NCBI GenBank assembly: GCA_902625885.1
Contig: CACODE010000004.1
Location: 40,751 to 104,750 of the forward strand
Length of the DNA stretch: 64,000 bases
DNA from: an uncultured Candidatus Poseidoniales archaeon
GTDB lineage: Archaea; Thermoplasmatota; Poseidoniia; Poseidoniales; Poseidoniaceae
Direction: 5' to 3'
The translations under genes were made by a program, and so were the position numbers. This document shows positions 37,720 to 46,616 of the stretch, in pieces. The first letter of the stretch is position 1. Every line of letters starts with the position of its first letter. The notes under the pieces are model-generated. The model was given only the letters and a program-made list of their open reading frames with translations. It ran no database searches and had not been told where the DNA came from.

Positions 37720-38888
37720 GCGCGGTAGATTCTCCCCGGGAATTGCCCTATGCCTCCGTGGATATCCTCAACGGAATTGAAATCAAGATTGGCGAGGGTT
37801 GGATTAAATTTTCTTACCCACTGGCTAAGGGCATTGAGAGAATAGAAATCAGTTGTGCTTGGATTGAGTCAAACCCAGCAGATAGAATCGGTATCTGGGT
37901 AGGTCTGTCTGACGAAAGAGTCCCGCAAACGCTTACCGCATGGGGTAATGGCCATGCTATTGGATTGGAATCCTATGGTGAAAACTCACCAATCGTAGAT
38001 GTAGAACGCTGGGAATTTGGAAAGTCCGCCAAATTGATTGTTGAAACGAAACAACAAGAGATGAAATTGAACGTTTACCTTCTCTGCCGCCCTCGATTGG
38101 ATGATTTGAAAAGATCACTTGAGATTACCATTGATGAGTATTCTGCAATAAACGGGATGAAACCAGAAAATTCAGAAACAAGGGTATACGAATTTCAGCG
38201 AGCAGAAAAAAGCCCTATGATGAGGACAACAATATCGAAACTCGAGGAGTTGGGTTCACTAAATTACACAGGGATTGGAAACGTCATCCATCCCAAACAA
38301 ATTCTTACGCTCAAGGCGCTTCAGCACCTCCTCAGAAAGAAGATGCTCAACGATGAAAAATCATTTTCTGTCGCTTACGTTGGGACAGACACCCTTGAGA
38401 ACCTAACCAGCATCATTCGATGGCTCGAATCAAAGGGATTGTATGGACAGATCACAGAAATCAAGGCATATACTTACGACGATTGGGATGACAAACTCCA
38501 AGATCTGCTCGATGATTTGGTTCCTGTAAATATTGGAAACGACTCAAAAGTAGACCTTGTGCCGAACAATGAATCACAAAGGGCCGATGCTTCCAGCCAC
38601 GATGTTGTCATCACTACTTATGTGTGCCCTTGGATAAAAAAAGACGATAGGGATGACTTCCAGGCGCTCATTGACAAACTCGTAGGTCCGAATTCCGTGC
38701 TTATCTCTGTTGACCCCAAAACTGCGTTAAACTCAGTTAGGAGTCCAATTTTTAATTCCAATGAGTACAATCCTCAGTCAATATACAAGGGAGAAGATGG
38801 ACTTGAATTAAGCAATCTTAAGACGTTCAAATTCCACGCTGCAGAGGCAATAATCTACAAACGAAAAAAGGGGTGGGTGATGAGATGA
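37716..38888 (+). CDS. hypothetical protein (390 aa), first large gene of the low-GC island operon
   Basis: Long ORF with A/T-rich codon third positions. No motif I can assign. The C-terminal half has an alternating beta-alpha pattern ('FSVAYVGTD...','HDVVITTYV','NSVLISVDP') vaguely like a Rossmann/methyltransferase fold. Confidence 0.6.
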   Translation: MSAVDSPRELPYASVDILNGIEIKIGEGWIKFSYPLAKGIERIEISCAWIESNPADRIGIWVGLSDERVPQTLTAWGNGHAIGLESYGENSPIVDVERWEFGKSAKLIVETKQQEMKLNVYLLCRPRLDDLKRSLEITIDEYSAINGMKPENSETRVYEFQRAEKSPMMRTTISKLEELGSLNYTGIGNVIHPKQILTLKALQHLLRKKMLNDEKSFSVAYVGTDTLENLTSIIRWLESKGLYGQITEIKAYTYDDWDDKLQDLLDDLVPVNIGNDSKVDLVPNNESQRADASSHDVVITTYVCPWIKKDDRDDFQALIDKLVGPNSVLISVDPKTALNSVRSPIFNSNEYNPQSIYKGEDGLELSNLKTFKFHAAEAIIYKRKKGWVMR

Positions 38889-41800
38889 AAACCTTGCCCT
38901 CTCAATCCCAATCAGAGACAGCAAATGGTGTCCGTAGTTTTCACACAAACTCAGTTCGAGCTATCTCCGACAGGGTGCGCAGCATGATCTCCCCCCAGCC
39001 TACTGCAATTTTTTACGATGAGATTGTTCATCAACTCGGTTCAGTTGAGCCTGACACGATTGAGTATTTTATCCGAGTCTGCAATATCGTCTGTAAGATC
39101 AAATCACAGAATACATTAAGAACAGAAAATTTGATTCAACTCGCCGATTATGACTCTAGAGCGTTAGATGAATTCGAAACGTTTGTACTCTCTAGTCCGG
39201 AGATTAAAAACAGGAAATTTAAACACAACTTGGCGAGGGTTTTCCGTGATGTTCTTCCTAAGCGAGAACTTAGTAGATTTAACGAACTCACAACAAATAT
39301 TGGAAACTCAGAATTACGCCCTCCACCCACGGTAGATCAGTACGCCCTAGCTGAGGATGAGATAAAAACGCCTCCTTCAATTCGTAGAAGAAGTACAAGT
39401 TCAGCAAAAGTAGGGGATGATCTGCTAAGTTGGTTAACAGAATCTTCCATCCCCCTCGAATTGCTGTGTATGTTTTTCCACGATCTTGCCAAGCCAGAAC
39501 CACGGGGAGAAATGGGATTTCTAAGATTCCTTTGCCGTTCCTCAGTTATCGTGTTGGGACAAAAACAGTATTCCAATGCACCCAGCACCGCGGTCCGAGG
39601 ATCATCTGAACTAATTCTTGTTTGTTCAGAATCAGAATTTTATGCGAACAGAGAGAAATATTCTCAGTTCGTAGTTCTTAATTGTAAAAACTCTGATGAG
39701 TTTTTGGCTCTCCACAATGAGAGGTTTTCATCTACCTATGAGCGATACATCACTTCGCTGTCAAATGCAACGATGTTTGGAAAATGTGGCTCGAAAGTTA
39801 CGCGTATCGACAAACTCTACTCTACTCGTAATTTTTTTCCGGTGAAAACTCAGGGTGATAAGAACAATCTGACGACGGTATCCCCTGAATCCATTGATGA
39901 AATCAATTCAAACCGTGGAAGCAAAGAAGTAGAACTAGAGGAAAAACTCTGGGAAGAATTGGAGCAGGCAAGGGGTATGGGGGTGGACTCAGTGCGTCTC
40001 GCAGAAGCGCTTCATAATGTGGGTAAGCATGTGAGAAACCAAACATCAGATGACACCGTTGCAGACGAATTATTCGATGAATGCTTGAAGGTTTCAAAAC
40101 GAATTAACTATATCGAAGGGGAAGCAAAGGCGTTGAACAGCTTGGGCATCTCCGCAAAAAATCGACAAGACTACGCTTCTGCAAGGATCTATTACAACGC
40201 CAGTTGTAATCTAATGGAGGATTGCTCTAACTATGAAGGATTATCAAAATCGCTTGTGAATCTTGGTATTTTGGAACAGGGTGTCGGCCGATTTGGGGAT
40301 GCCCGGGCCTATTTCAGACGTGCAATTAACATGAAGGAAAAACATGGCTTGAATGTTAGTCCCGCCCTTTACTCTAGACTTGATGTTGTATCTGGCGCAG
40401 GAAGCGGAATCAATCCAAACCGCCGTGCTCCTCCATCTCGCACCAGTGCAAATACCTTCAGACAACTTCTCGGACAACGCTCAGAGATTTTTGTGTTACG
40501 AGGAGATGCAGGTTCGGGAAAAAGTATTGCAATGGTCCAATTTGCCAACCACTACATCACTGCCATTGAACAAAAGATGGATGATAATTCATGGGATCAT
40601 AACGATATTGTTATCCCTATTTTCTTGAAATCCCGTCATCTTGATATTAAATGGGGATCGTGGAAAAATGGCTTGGGAGACACTGCAATTGAGGTTGAGG
40701 GGCCGTTGAGTCCGAGCGTCATAACAGATGGTATACTGCGCTCAAACCCAAGTCTGCAGGATCAACTTTCTGCAAGTGAACTTACCAATTTTTTCGAGTT
40801 CCTTGAAGCGGCAGGTGAATATCTCAACATTCGTTTTCTAATCTTCGGGGACGCGGTTGATGAAATCCCAGATGAACATCAGCGAGGTGTATTTTGTGAG
40901 TGGGTTCGCTCCATGAGCAAGCAAAAACATTCTGAGATTTATCTTGCGGTGAGACCCGGTTTCCCTGAGGTGGAACAACTCGCAACAAACGATCAAATCG
41001 TTGACCTGGAAATCCCTGTTGATGTTCTCAAAAATGAAATGCCAAACATGTTATGCCGTGCATGGGGCATCTCCGAAGAATTGGCTGACGTATACCAAGA
41101 ACGTTTTGAGGAGTTTGAGGAACTGTTAACCCATCCGCTCTACGTGGGATGGTTTTGTTTCCTTCTCTACTCCAACGAACTCACGGACGATATTGTAGGC
41201 ACTGCAACAGAGAAGAAACATGCAGTGATTCAACGTATTGTTGAGATCGGCATTGATTCTGCACTTGATCGGCGCGAGAGTCCGTTGGCGAATCTTGACC
41301 CAGTCAAACGAAAGGAATTTCATAAGAAAGTACGCCAATTCATCGCTCTTGCCCATCACAGCCCGAGTGAACCCGCAGTGAAATCATATTTTGACAAATT
41401 AGAGAAATTGACCGATTACTCGTTTACAGAGGATGAAAAACATGCCATTCAGCATGATTGCGGCATCCTCTTCCTCGCAGATAATGGACTGGTTTGGACG
41501 CACCATACCGTTCCAGAAATCATCTATGCGGACCACATTCATGAACTTTGGAATGGAGATTTGAACCCGTCGTTGATGGCTGGTAAGCCCCGAATATCCA
41601 CCCCCTTTATCCAGCGGTTGAGCTCGCTTCGTGGGTCGACAAAACTCGAAATCGCTCGCGAACTTCTCGAATATCCCTCAATAACCAAATCAGACGCAGA
41701 TGTTCTTTTCTCAATTGCAGACAGATTTGATTGGTCCGGAAACGAACTTTATCTAGATGAACATGGCGTTTCTGACGTCCCTTTGCTGGATGTTAGACCG

Positions 41801-42895
41801 AATAAGGATGTTATCAAAGATGCTCTGAATAAGATATTCTTCGTGAATCAATTTGAAATTTCATCTGAGAAGGTGCCTGAGGACCTGAGTGTTTTTTGGC
41901 AGTACAGAGTTGATTGCGCAATGCTCCTTGCAGAATTACTGAATCTCGGATTCCGTTCTCCTTTGGACGAAATTTGTATGACGAATGAAGCAATTTACGC
42001 ACTTGCAAATTTATCAGAAACGCTAGATTATTCTGATGTTTTCGATACCATTTCTTGGTATCATAGCATAATGACAGATGAAGAAGATGTGCAGGAACCG
42101 TGGGAAGACTTTGTACCTTGGAATGCAGAACTTCTTCTCAAGCGAGTAAAGAAAAATCCACTGTTGATTCATGATTTTGACAGCCTCATCCATCTCGTTG
42201 GAGTTCAACTAGACCATGGGGACCGATCGGTTGATAACGTCCGTCCATTGTTCAACCTACATCATGTTGAGCTGGCAGATTCCTTGCTTACCGGCAGCGA
42301 GAATGATTATTGTTGGAGTGCGTGGGGGATGCGTTCCCCATCAGCTAGCGAATACAATCTAACCATGCACTTTCTCTCTGAGGGGCATCAACAGGAATAT
42401 GATACAAAACATTATTTGCACAACAACCAAGTTTTTGTTTCCAGATCATCGCTGGCTCAAAATCTCAGTTTGAGAGAGAATGAAGAACGCATTTTTGACG
42501 GGTTAAGGCGTTCGATCGTGGAGATTGTTTTCGGAAACCTCTACGGTAAAAACTGGGAGAACAAGGTAGAGGAATTGTATGGTTTGGTAAAAGACCAATC
42601 CGAATCAATAAACAAATTGTATGATGAGATGTTCTGTGTTGCGTACGATGACTTCTTTTTCTACTACAATGACAATCCACCTGATGTCATTTGGATTGGA
42701 CACGAATTCTATGAAACAAGCATCGAAAAGAAAGGGATTTCACTCATTCCGTTCGTTGCTTACGCTATCGGGAATGTCGATGGTGACATTCGGAATCAAT
42801 TTTACGAAGATAGCCACGATGTAGCAATTGATTTTGTTCTTGATGCAGGGAAGAGTGCTGTCAACAGATTCCGATATCCGTCAACTCGAAAATAG
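38885..42895 (+). CDS. giant STAND NTPase: unknown N-domain + TPR repeats + NACHT-type P-loop + ~600-aa helical C-terminal region
   Basis: Walker A 'VLRGDAGSGKSIAM', Walker B 'IRFLIFGDAVDEIPD' (NACHT-like DGxDE) and 'IYLAVRPGF' (TSRP-like). TPR-like repeats lie upstream ('EAKALNSLGISAKNRQDYASARIYYNASCNL...SKSLVNLGILEQGVGRFGDARAYFRRAINM'). The ATG at 38885 overlaps the upstream TGA as ATGA; an alternative GTG is at 38873. Confidence 0.7.
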   Translation: MKTLPSQSQSETANGVRSFHTNSVRAISDRVRSMISPQPTAIFYDEIVHQLGSVEPDTIEYFIRVCNIVCKIKSQNTLRTENLIQLADYDSRALDEFETFVLSSPEIKNRKFKHNLARVFRDVLPKRELSRFNELTTNIGNSELRPPPTVDQYALAEDEIKTPPSIRRRSTSSAKVGDDLLSWLTESSIPLELLCMFFHDLAKPEPRGEMGFLRFLCRSSVIVLGQKQYSNAPSTAVRGSSELILVCSESEFYANREKYSQFVVLNCKNSDEFLALHNERFSSTYERYITSLSNATMFGKCGSKVTRIDKLYSTRNFFPVKTQGDKNNLTTVSPESIDEINSNRGSKEVELEEKLWEELEQARGMGVDSVRLAEALHNVGKHVRNQTSDDTVADELFDECLKVSKRINYIEGEAKALNSLGISAKNRQDYASARIYYNASCNLMEDCSNYEGLSKSLVNLGILEQGVGRFGDARAYFRRAINMKEKHGLNVSPALYSRLDVVSGAGSGINPNRRAPPSRTSANTFRQLLGQRSEIFVLRGDAGSGKSIAMVQFANHYITAIEQKMDDNSWDHNDIVIPIFLKSRHLDIKWGSWKNGLGDTAIEVEGPLSPSVITDGILRSNPSLQDQLSASELTNFFEFLEAAGEYLNIRFLIFGDAVDEIPDEHQRGVFCEWVRSMSKQKHSEIYLAVRPGFPEVEQLATNDQIVDLEIPVDVLKNEMPNMLCRAWGISEELADVYQERFEEFEELLTHPLYVGWFCFLLYSNELTDDIVGTATEKKHAVIQRIVEIGIDSALDRRESPLANLDPVKRKEFHKKVRQFIALAHHSPSEPAVKSYFDKLEKLTDYSFTEDEKHAIQHDCGILFLADNGLVWTHHTVPEIIYADHIHELWNGDLNPSLMAGKPRISTPFIQRLSSLRGSTKLEIARELLEYPSITKSDADVLFSIADRFDWSGNELYLDEHGVSDVPLLDVRPNKDVIKDALNKIFFVNQFEISSEKVPEDLSVFWQYRVDCAMLLAELLNLGFRSPLDEICMTNEAIYALANLSETLDYSDVFDTISWYHSIMTDEEDVQEPWEDFVPWNAELLLKRVKKNPLLIHDFDSLIHLVGVQLDHGDRSVDNVRPLFNLHHVELADSLLTGSENDYCWSAWGMRSPSASEYNLTMHFLSEGHQQEYDTKHYLHNNQVFVSRSSLAQNLSLRENEERIFDGLRRSIVEIVFGNLYGKNWENKVEELYGLVKDQSESINKLYDEMFCVAYDDFFFYYNDNPPDVIWIGHEFYETSIEKKGISLIPFVAYAIGNVDGDIRNQFYEDSHDVAIDFVLDAGKSAVNRFRYPSTRK

Positions 42896-42923
42896 CATCT
42901 TTCGAATGAAGATTGCTCCTCGT

Positions 42924-42932
42924 GTTTGTTTT
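42924..42932 (+). terminator. oligo-T tract (TTTGTTTTT) about 30 nt after the NACHT gene stop
   Basis: Archaeal terminators are typically oligo-T. The tract lies in the 39-nt gap between the convergent genes. Confidence 0.3.
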
Positions 42933-42934
42933 TC

Positions 42935-44515
42935 TCACTGGTTCGCAGTTTCCAGCGTGCTCTGTCCGTAATCAAGCAAACTCTTCTGTGGATTTGGTTC
43001 GGCTTTTCCTTGCTGGTTCTGGCTTGTTTTCTGCCGCCTGAAGGTCCGTTTTTTCCGGCTGCCGTGAAGGGTGTACACCGCTTTCGATCGGGCTTTCACT
43101 CCTTCGTTACGCCGCGCTGCATACGCTTTTTTGATGCCAAGGTTGCGGGCCTCCGCCTCGTCGAGGATAGGAAGCGGGTAAGTCTCCCCAACGATGACGC
43201 CAGTCGTTTTTTGCATCGCTTCGCTCATCGTCCACGGTTCGTGAATTTGAGGTGTGGGCACCATCGCAAGCTCCGGCACCCACTTTCGGATGAAATCACC
43301 GTCTAGGTCGTGGTCAAGGGATTGTTTGAGGATGGAGTAGGCCCGCACGGCGTTGATGCCCGTGATGCCAGATTGCATGTGGATTTGCGACCAGTGGATG
43401 CCGGGCTCGTAATCGATGAACAACTTGGCCAGGTGAGTCCCGGTGCGTTGCCATGGCAACCAGAGCGTGTAGGCAGCAACGGACTGCATCATGGCCCGCA
43501 TTCTGAAATTGATCCACCCCGTGGCTTTCAGCGAACGCATGCATGCGTCAAAAAACGGCCATCCCGTCCTTCCTTCCGCCCATGCATGAAAATGTTCCTC
43601 AACACCTTGGCGTTCAAGGGCCGCGTCGAGTTCAGGATTGATGGATTGGACGTCCATCGTGGTTTCCATCTCAAGACGTTGAACGAAATGGCAACGCCAC
43701 GACACCCTTGAGGTGAAGGCGTTGATGTTTTTTCGGAAGGTTGCGGTGTCAACATCTGGGTTGTTTGCTACGGCCTTGTTCGCCTCCCGCAACCGTTGTT
43801 TCACTTGCCGGACGCTCAGGGCGCCGCAGGCGAGGTAGGCGGACAGGCGTGAGGAACCTTCTCGTGATGTTGCTGGGTTTGATATGGTGGGCAAGTAGTT
43901 GTCAAACCGGGTTTCCAAAAACGAGTCCAACCAAGCGTGCGCTGCCTTTTCCCCTGCTTCAAGCGGCGTGTTGACGAGGCCATGATGGTCCCGAGTGTTG
44001 GAAACGCTGTCAACGGAATCAAGCGAGGAGTGGGCAGGAAGGCTTCCTGGGGCCTCAAGAACCGGCATCACCATTCTTCGGTTGCGAAGCGTGTTCCAAC
44101 GGTCGCGGTTCAATAGCGCTCGAACAACGCCGTTGGAAGGGCATTGATGCCATACGATGCCGTTGACGTCGCACCAGCGCTGAACACGTTTGTCCCGCTC
44201 CCATGACCACATCAAACCTGTTTCCTGATGGCTGTACAGGCATGTGATAGGGCATTTTTGGTGAATGGCTGACAGCACTTCGGTGGGCTCGCCGGTAACG
44301 AGTTGCACGGTGCCTCCAAGTTCGTTGATGGAACGGGCGAGCGACCGGGCGTTGGCCAAGTCCCAAGCCAAGTGCAACGCAGAAACATCGGGCTGGTTGG
44401 CCCGCTCTGGCTCGTCGATGTAGAGACAGAGGACGTCGTCTTCGGCGCCATACGCCTCAACGAGGGGTGCGTGGTCAGCAAGGCGCAAATCGCGCTTGAA
44501 CCAGACCACTCGCAT
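42935..44515 (-). CDS. phr: cryptochrome/photolyase-family flavoprotein
   Basis: 'MRVVWFKRDLRLADHAPL' N-terminus and a C-terminal FAD-binding region ('...WINFRMRAM...IDYEPGIHWSQIHMQSG...'). Confidence 0.8.
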   Translation of the reverse strand: MRVVWFKRDLRLADHAPLVEAYGAEDDVLCLYIDEPERANQPDVSALHLAWDLANARSLARSINELGGTVQLVTGEPTEVLSAIHQKCPITCLYSHQETGLMWSWERDKRVQRWCDVNGIVWHQCPSNGVVRALLNRDRWNTLRNRRMVMPVLEAPGSLPAHSSLDSVDSVSNTRDHHGLVNTPLEAGEKAAHAWLDSFLETRFDNYLPTISNPATSREGSSRLSAYLACGALSVRQVKQRLREANKAVANNPDVDTATFRKNINAFTSRVSWRCHFVQRLEMETTMDVQSINPELDAALERQGVEEHFHAWAEGRTGWPFFDACMRSLKATGWINFRMRAMMQSVAAYTLWLPWQRTGTHLAKLFIDYEPGIHWSQIHMQSGITGINAVRAYSILKQSLDHDLDGDFIRKWVPELAMVPTPQIHEPWTMSEAMQKTTGVIVGETYPLPILDEAEARNLGIKKAYAARRNEGVKARSKAVYTLHGSRKKRTFRRQKTSQNQQGKAEPNPQKSLLDYGQSTLETANQ

Positions 44516-44595
44516 GCCAACACCTCATCGTCCGCCCTCATCAAGCGTTGTCACTTTGCCACCAGAACAATAGGCCCACCTCCTGATGCGTAACC

Positions 44596-46395
44596 ATGAA
44601 CAGGGACGTCATATGGCTCGTCGTTGTCCTTCTGTTGGGAGGAAGTTTGCTCACGATGATGGCGCAGGACCAAGAGGTGGCGGACGTCGAGCAGGAGGAG
44701 GAACAGACGGTTGAGGAAGAACAGTCTTGCGTGGTTGGCACGGAAAAAGTGTACAACGCTTCCGCTGCTTTGGGTTTTGATTGCGTGCCGCTCGACCCGC
44801 ACAAGCTCGCACACAACCACCCCGCACCGGTTCTGACGGTTTCGGACGTCATCGACGACGGGGCCGTTGTTGTTTTCATCGGCAGCATTGACCACTTGCA
44901 CCCCGAAGAAATCCTCGTCACAGCGACGTACGATGGCGACATGACGCTATCAACCCAACCAAACCTGCAGGGTCAATGGTCGATGACGGTGCGCACCAGC
45001 GCCGAAGAGCCGCTGCAGTTTTCCATAACGGCGAGACACCCTTCGGAAGGGACGTCGTCAGCCACCACGGTGGTCGATGTTGAGCGAACCTCCGACGATG
45101 ATGGTTCGTCCCCAGATGAGGAAGAGGGAGACGGTAATGGCAATGCTTCGGGCGGCGAGGCAGGGTCCGGAGAGAACAACAGCACCACCGGCAACCAATC
45201 ATCAGAAACAAACGCCACGGACGAGGGCAACGACCCCGAACCGGCGACACCGACCTACAACGCTTCCGACATGGGGTCATTTTGGCTCGATGTTTTCCGC
45301 TGCCAGCCGGGACAAAACATCACGCAGGTTGACGATTTGACCACGTCTGCCGTGGAAACTCACGAATGCTCGGTGAGCATCACGATGAACGAAACCCACA
45401 TCACCATCGTGGCCAACGGCCTGCCGGACCATGATTTCGAGTCTACCTTGGCTTGCTCACAAGGCAATGACTGCACGCGCGCCCAAAATTACGAATGGAC
45501 CGTTCCTCGCTCGCCGGTCAACGACACCACGGGCGGCCACGACGCCACGGATTGTCCCGAAGCCAACGGCGATTACGAATGCGCTCCCGCTCGCGGCGAG
45601 GTCGCCATCGCCATTAACGGCGTCCCGTTTTACGGTCCAGAGGACGGTCCGGGTGGCGATGCTGTAGCGAGTCAGCACGGCGCCTACGAGGAAGACCGGC
45701 AACCCATCGTCCTCGGCGTGTGCCACGCCCACAACGGCCAAGGCGGGACCTTCCACTACCACGCCGACGCCAACTGCCTTCACTGGCACCCCGAGGAGGG
45801 TGAAACCATGTTTGACTACGACACCAGCACGCCTGCCGCCGTAGCGCAAAACACCGCCAACGGTTCCCACTCTTCTGTGATCGGCGTTGGCATGGATGGC
45901 TACCCCATCTACGGCCTCTGGGGGTACGACAATGACATGAACATCGTTGAGATGAAGAGCTCTTACCGGTTGAAGTCGGGTGAGACGGGTTACAACGGCA
46001 TTGATGATTACGAGTTTGTTGCTGGTTTGGGTCATCTCGATGTTTGCAACGGACACTTTGGTCCAACCCCCGAATTTCCGGATGGTATCTACCATTATCA
46101 CTCGACCATGATGAACGGCGACGGGGCCATGGGCTTCCCCTATTTCCTGTTGTGCTATCACGGTGAAACCTTCCTCGATGAAAGTGGCAGCGGTGCTGAC
46201 TGTTCCGGATTTGGTGAAACGTGGGGTCCTGGCATTGCTCCGCCTCCGGAAGGCTGTGGTAACGGGGGCGGTGGCGGTCAAGGCGGACAGCTGTCGGAGG
46301 TTCGGGTCGTTTCTTCGCAAGCCTTCTCACCCCTTGCCATGGTGTGGATGTTGGCGTTTAGCTTGATGTTGCTGAGGCAGCGGCGAAGGTCATGA
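44596..46395 (+). CDS. secreted YHYH-domain protein with acidic S/D/E/N-rich linker and C-terminal TM anchor
   Basis: N-terminal TM/signal, then 'GGTFHYHADANC' and 'DGIYHYHSTMMNG' (YHYH motifs), ending 'PLAMVWMLAFSLMLLRQRRRS'. Confidence 0.55.
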   Translation: MNRDVIWLVVVLLLGGSLLTMMAQDQEVADVEQEEEQTVEEEQSCVVGTEKVYNASAALGFDCVPLDPHKLAHNHPAPVLTVSDVIDDGAVVVFIGSIDHLHPEEILVTATYDGDMTLSTQPNLQGQWSMTVRTSAEEPLQFSITARHPSEGTSSATTVVDVERTSDDDGSSPDEEEGDGNGNASGGEAGSGENNSTTGNQSSETNATDEGNDPEPATPTYNASDMGSFWLDVFRCQPGQNITQVDDLTTSAVETHECSVSITMNETHITIVANGLPDHDFESTLACSQGNDCTRAQNYEWTVPRSPVNDTTGGHDATDCPEANGDYECAPARGEVAIAINGVPFYGPEDGPGGDAVASQHGAYEEDRQPIVLGVCHAHNGQGGTFHYHADANCLHWHPEEGETMFDYDTSTPAAVAQNTANGSHSSVIGVGMDGYPIYGLWGYDNDMNIVEMKSSYRLKSGETGYNGIDDYEFVAGLGHLDVCNGHFGPTPEFPDGIYHYHSTMMNGDGAMGFPYFLLCYHGETFLDESGSGADCSGFGETWGPGIAPPPEGCGNGGGGGQGGQLSEVRVVSSQAFSPLAMVWMLAFSLMLLRQRRRS

Positions 46396-46616
46396 TTCCA
46401 TCCTTTATGTGGACTGATGGGTTCTCATACTCATGGTCCGAACATGCGATCGCTGCCGCACACCGTTGATGGGAAGCCGCTGCCACCGCTGCCATTCTGC
46501 TCAGCGCAGCCAACGTTGTGAGGTGTGCGACCGTCCCTCGTACGGCCTTCGTTCACCGTCCGGTTCCGACCGAGCCGTGTGCCGTTCCTGCCTCAGGAAA
46601 CGCCGCACATGAACGA

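Noticed and set aside
37091-42934. Mobile-element hallmarks at the island borders (integrase, transposase, tRNA target, terminal direct or inverted repeats)
   Set aside because: I looked at both junctions (37091-37141 and 42896-42934) and at all island ORFs. No recombinase-like ORF or matching flanking repeats were found by eye, so the island is not called a mobile element. A computational repeat search could still find short att-like repeats.
45457-46330. Two long minus-strand ORFs (287 and 238 aa) inside the YHYH gene
   Set aside because: They are antisense shadows of a high-GC gene with recognisable YHYH motifs. The translations are Arg/Gly/Val-rich.
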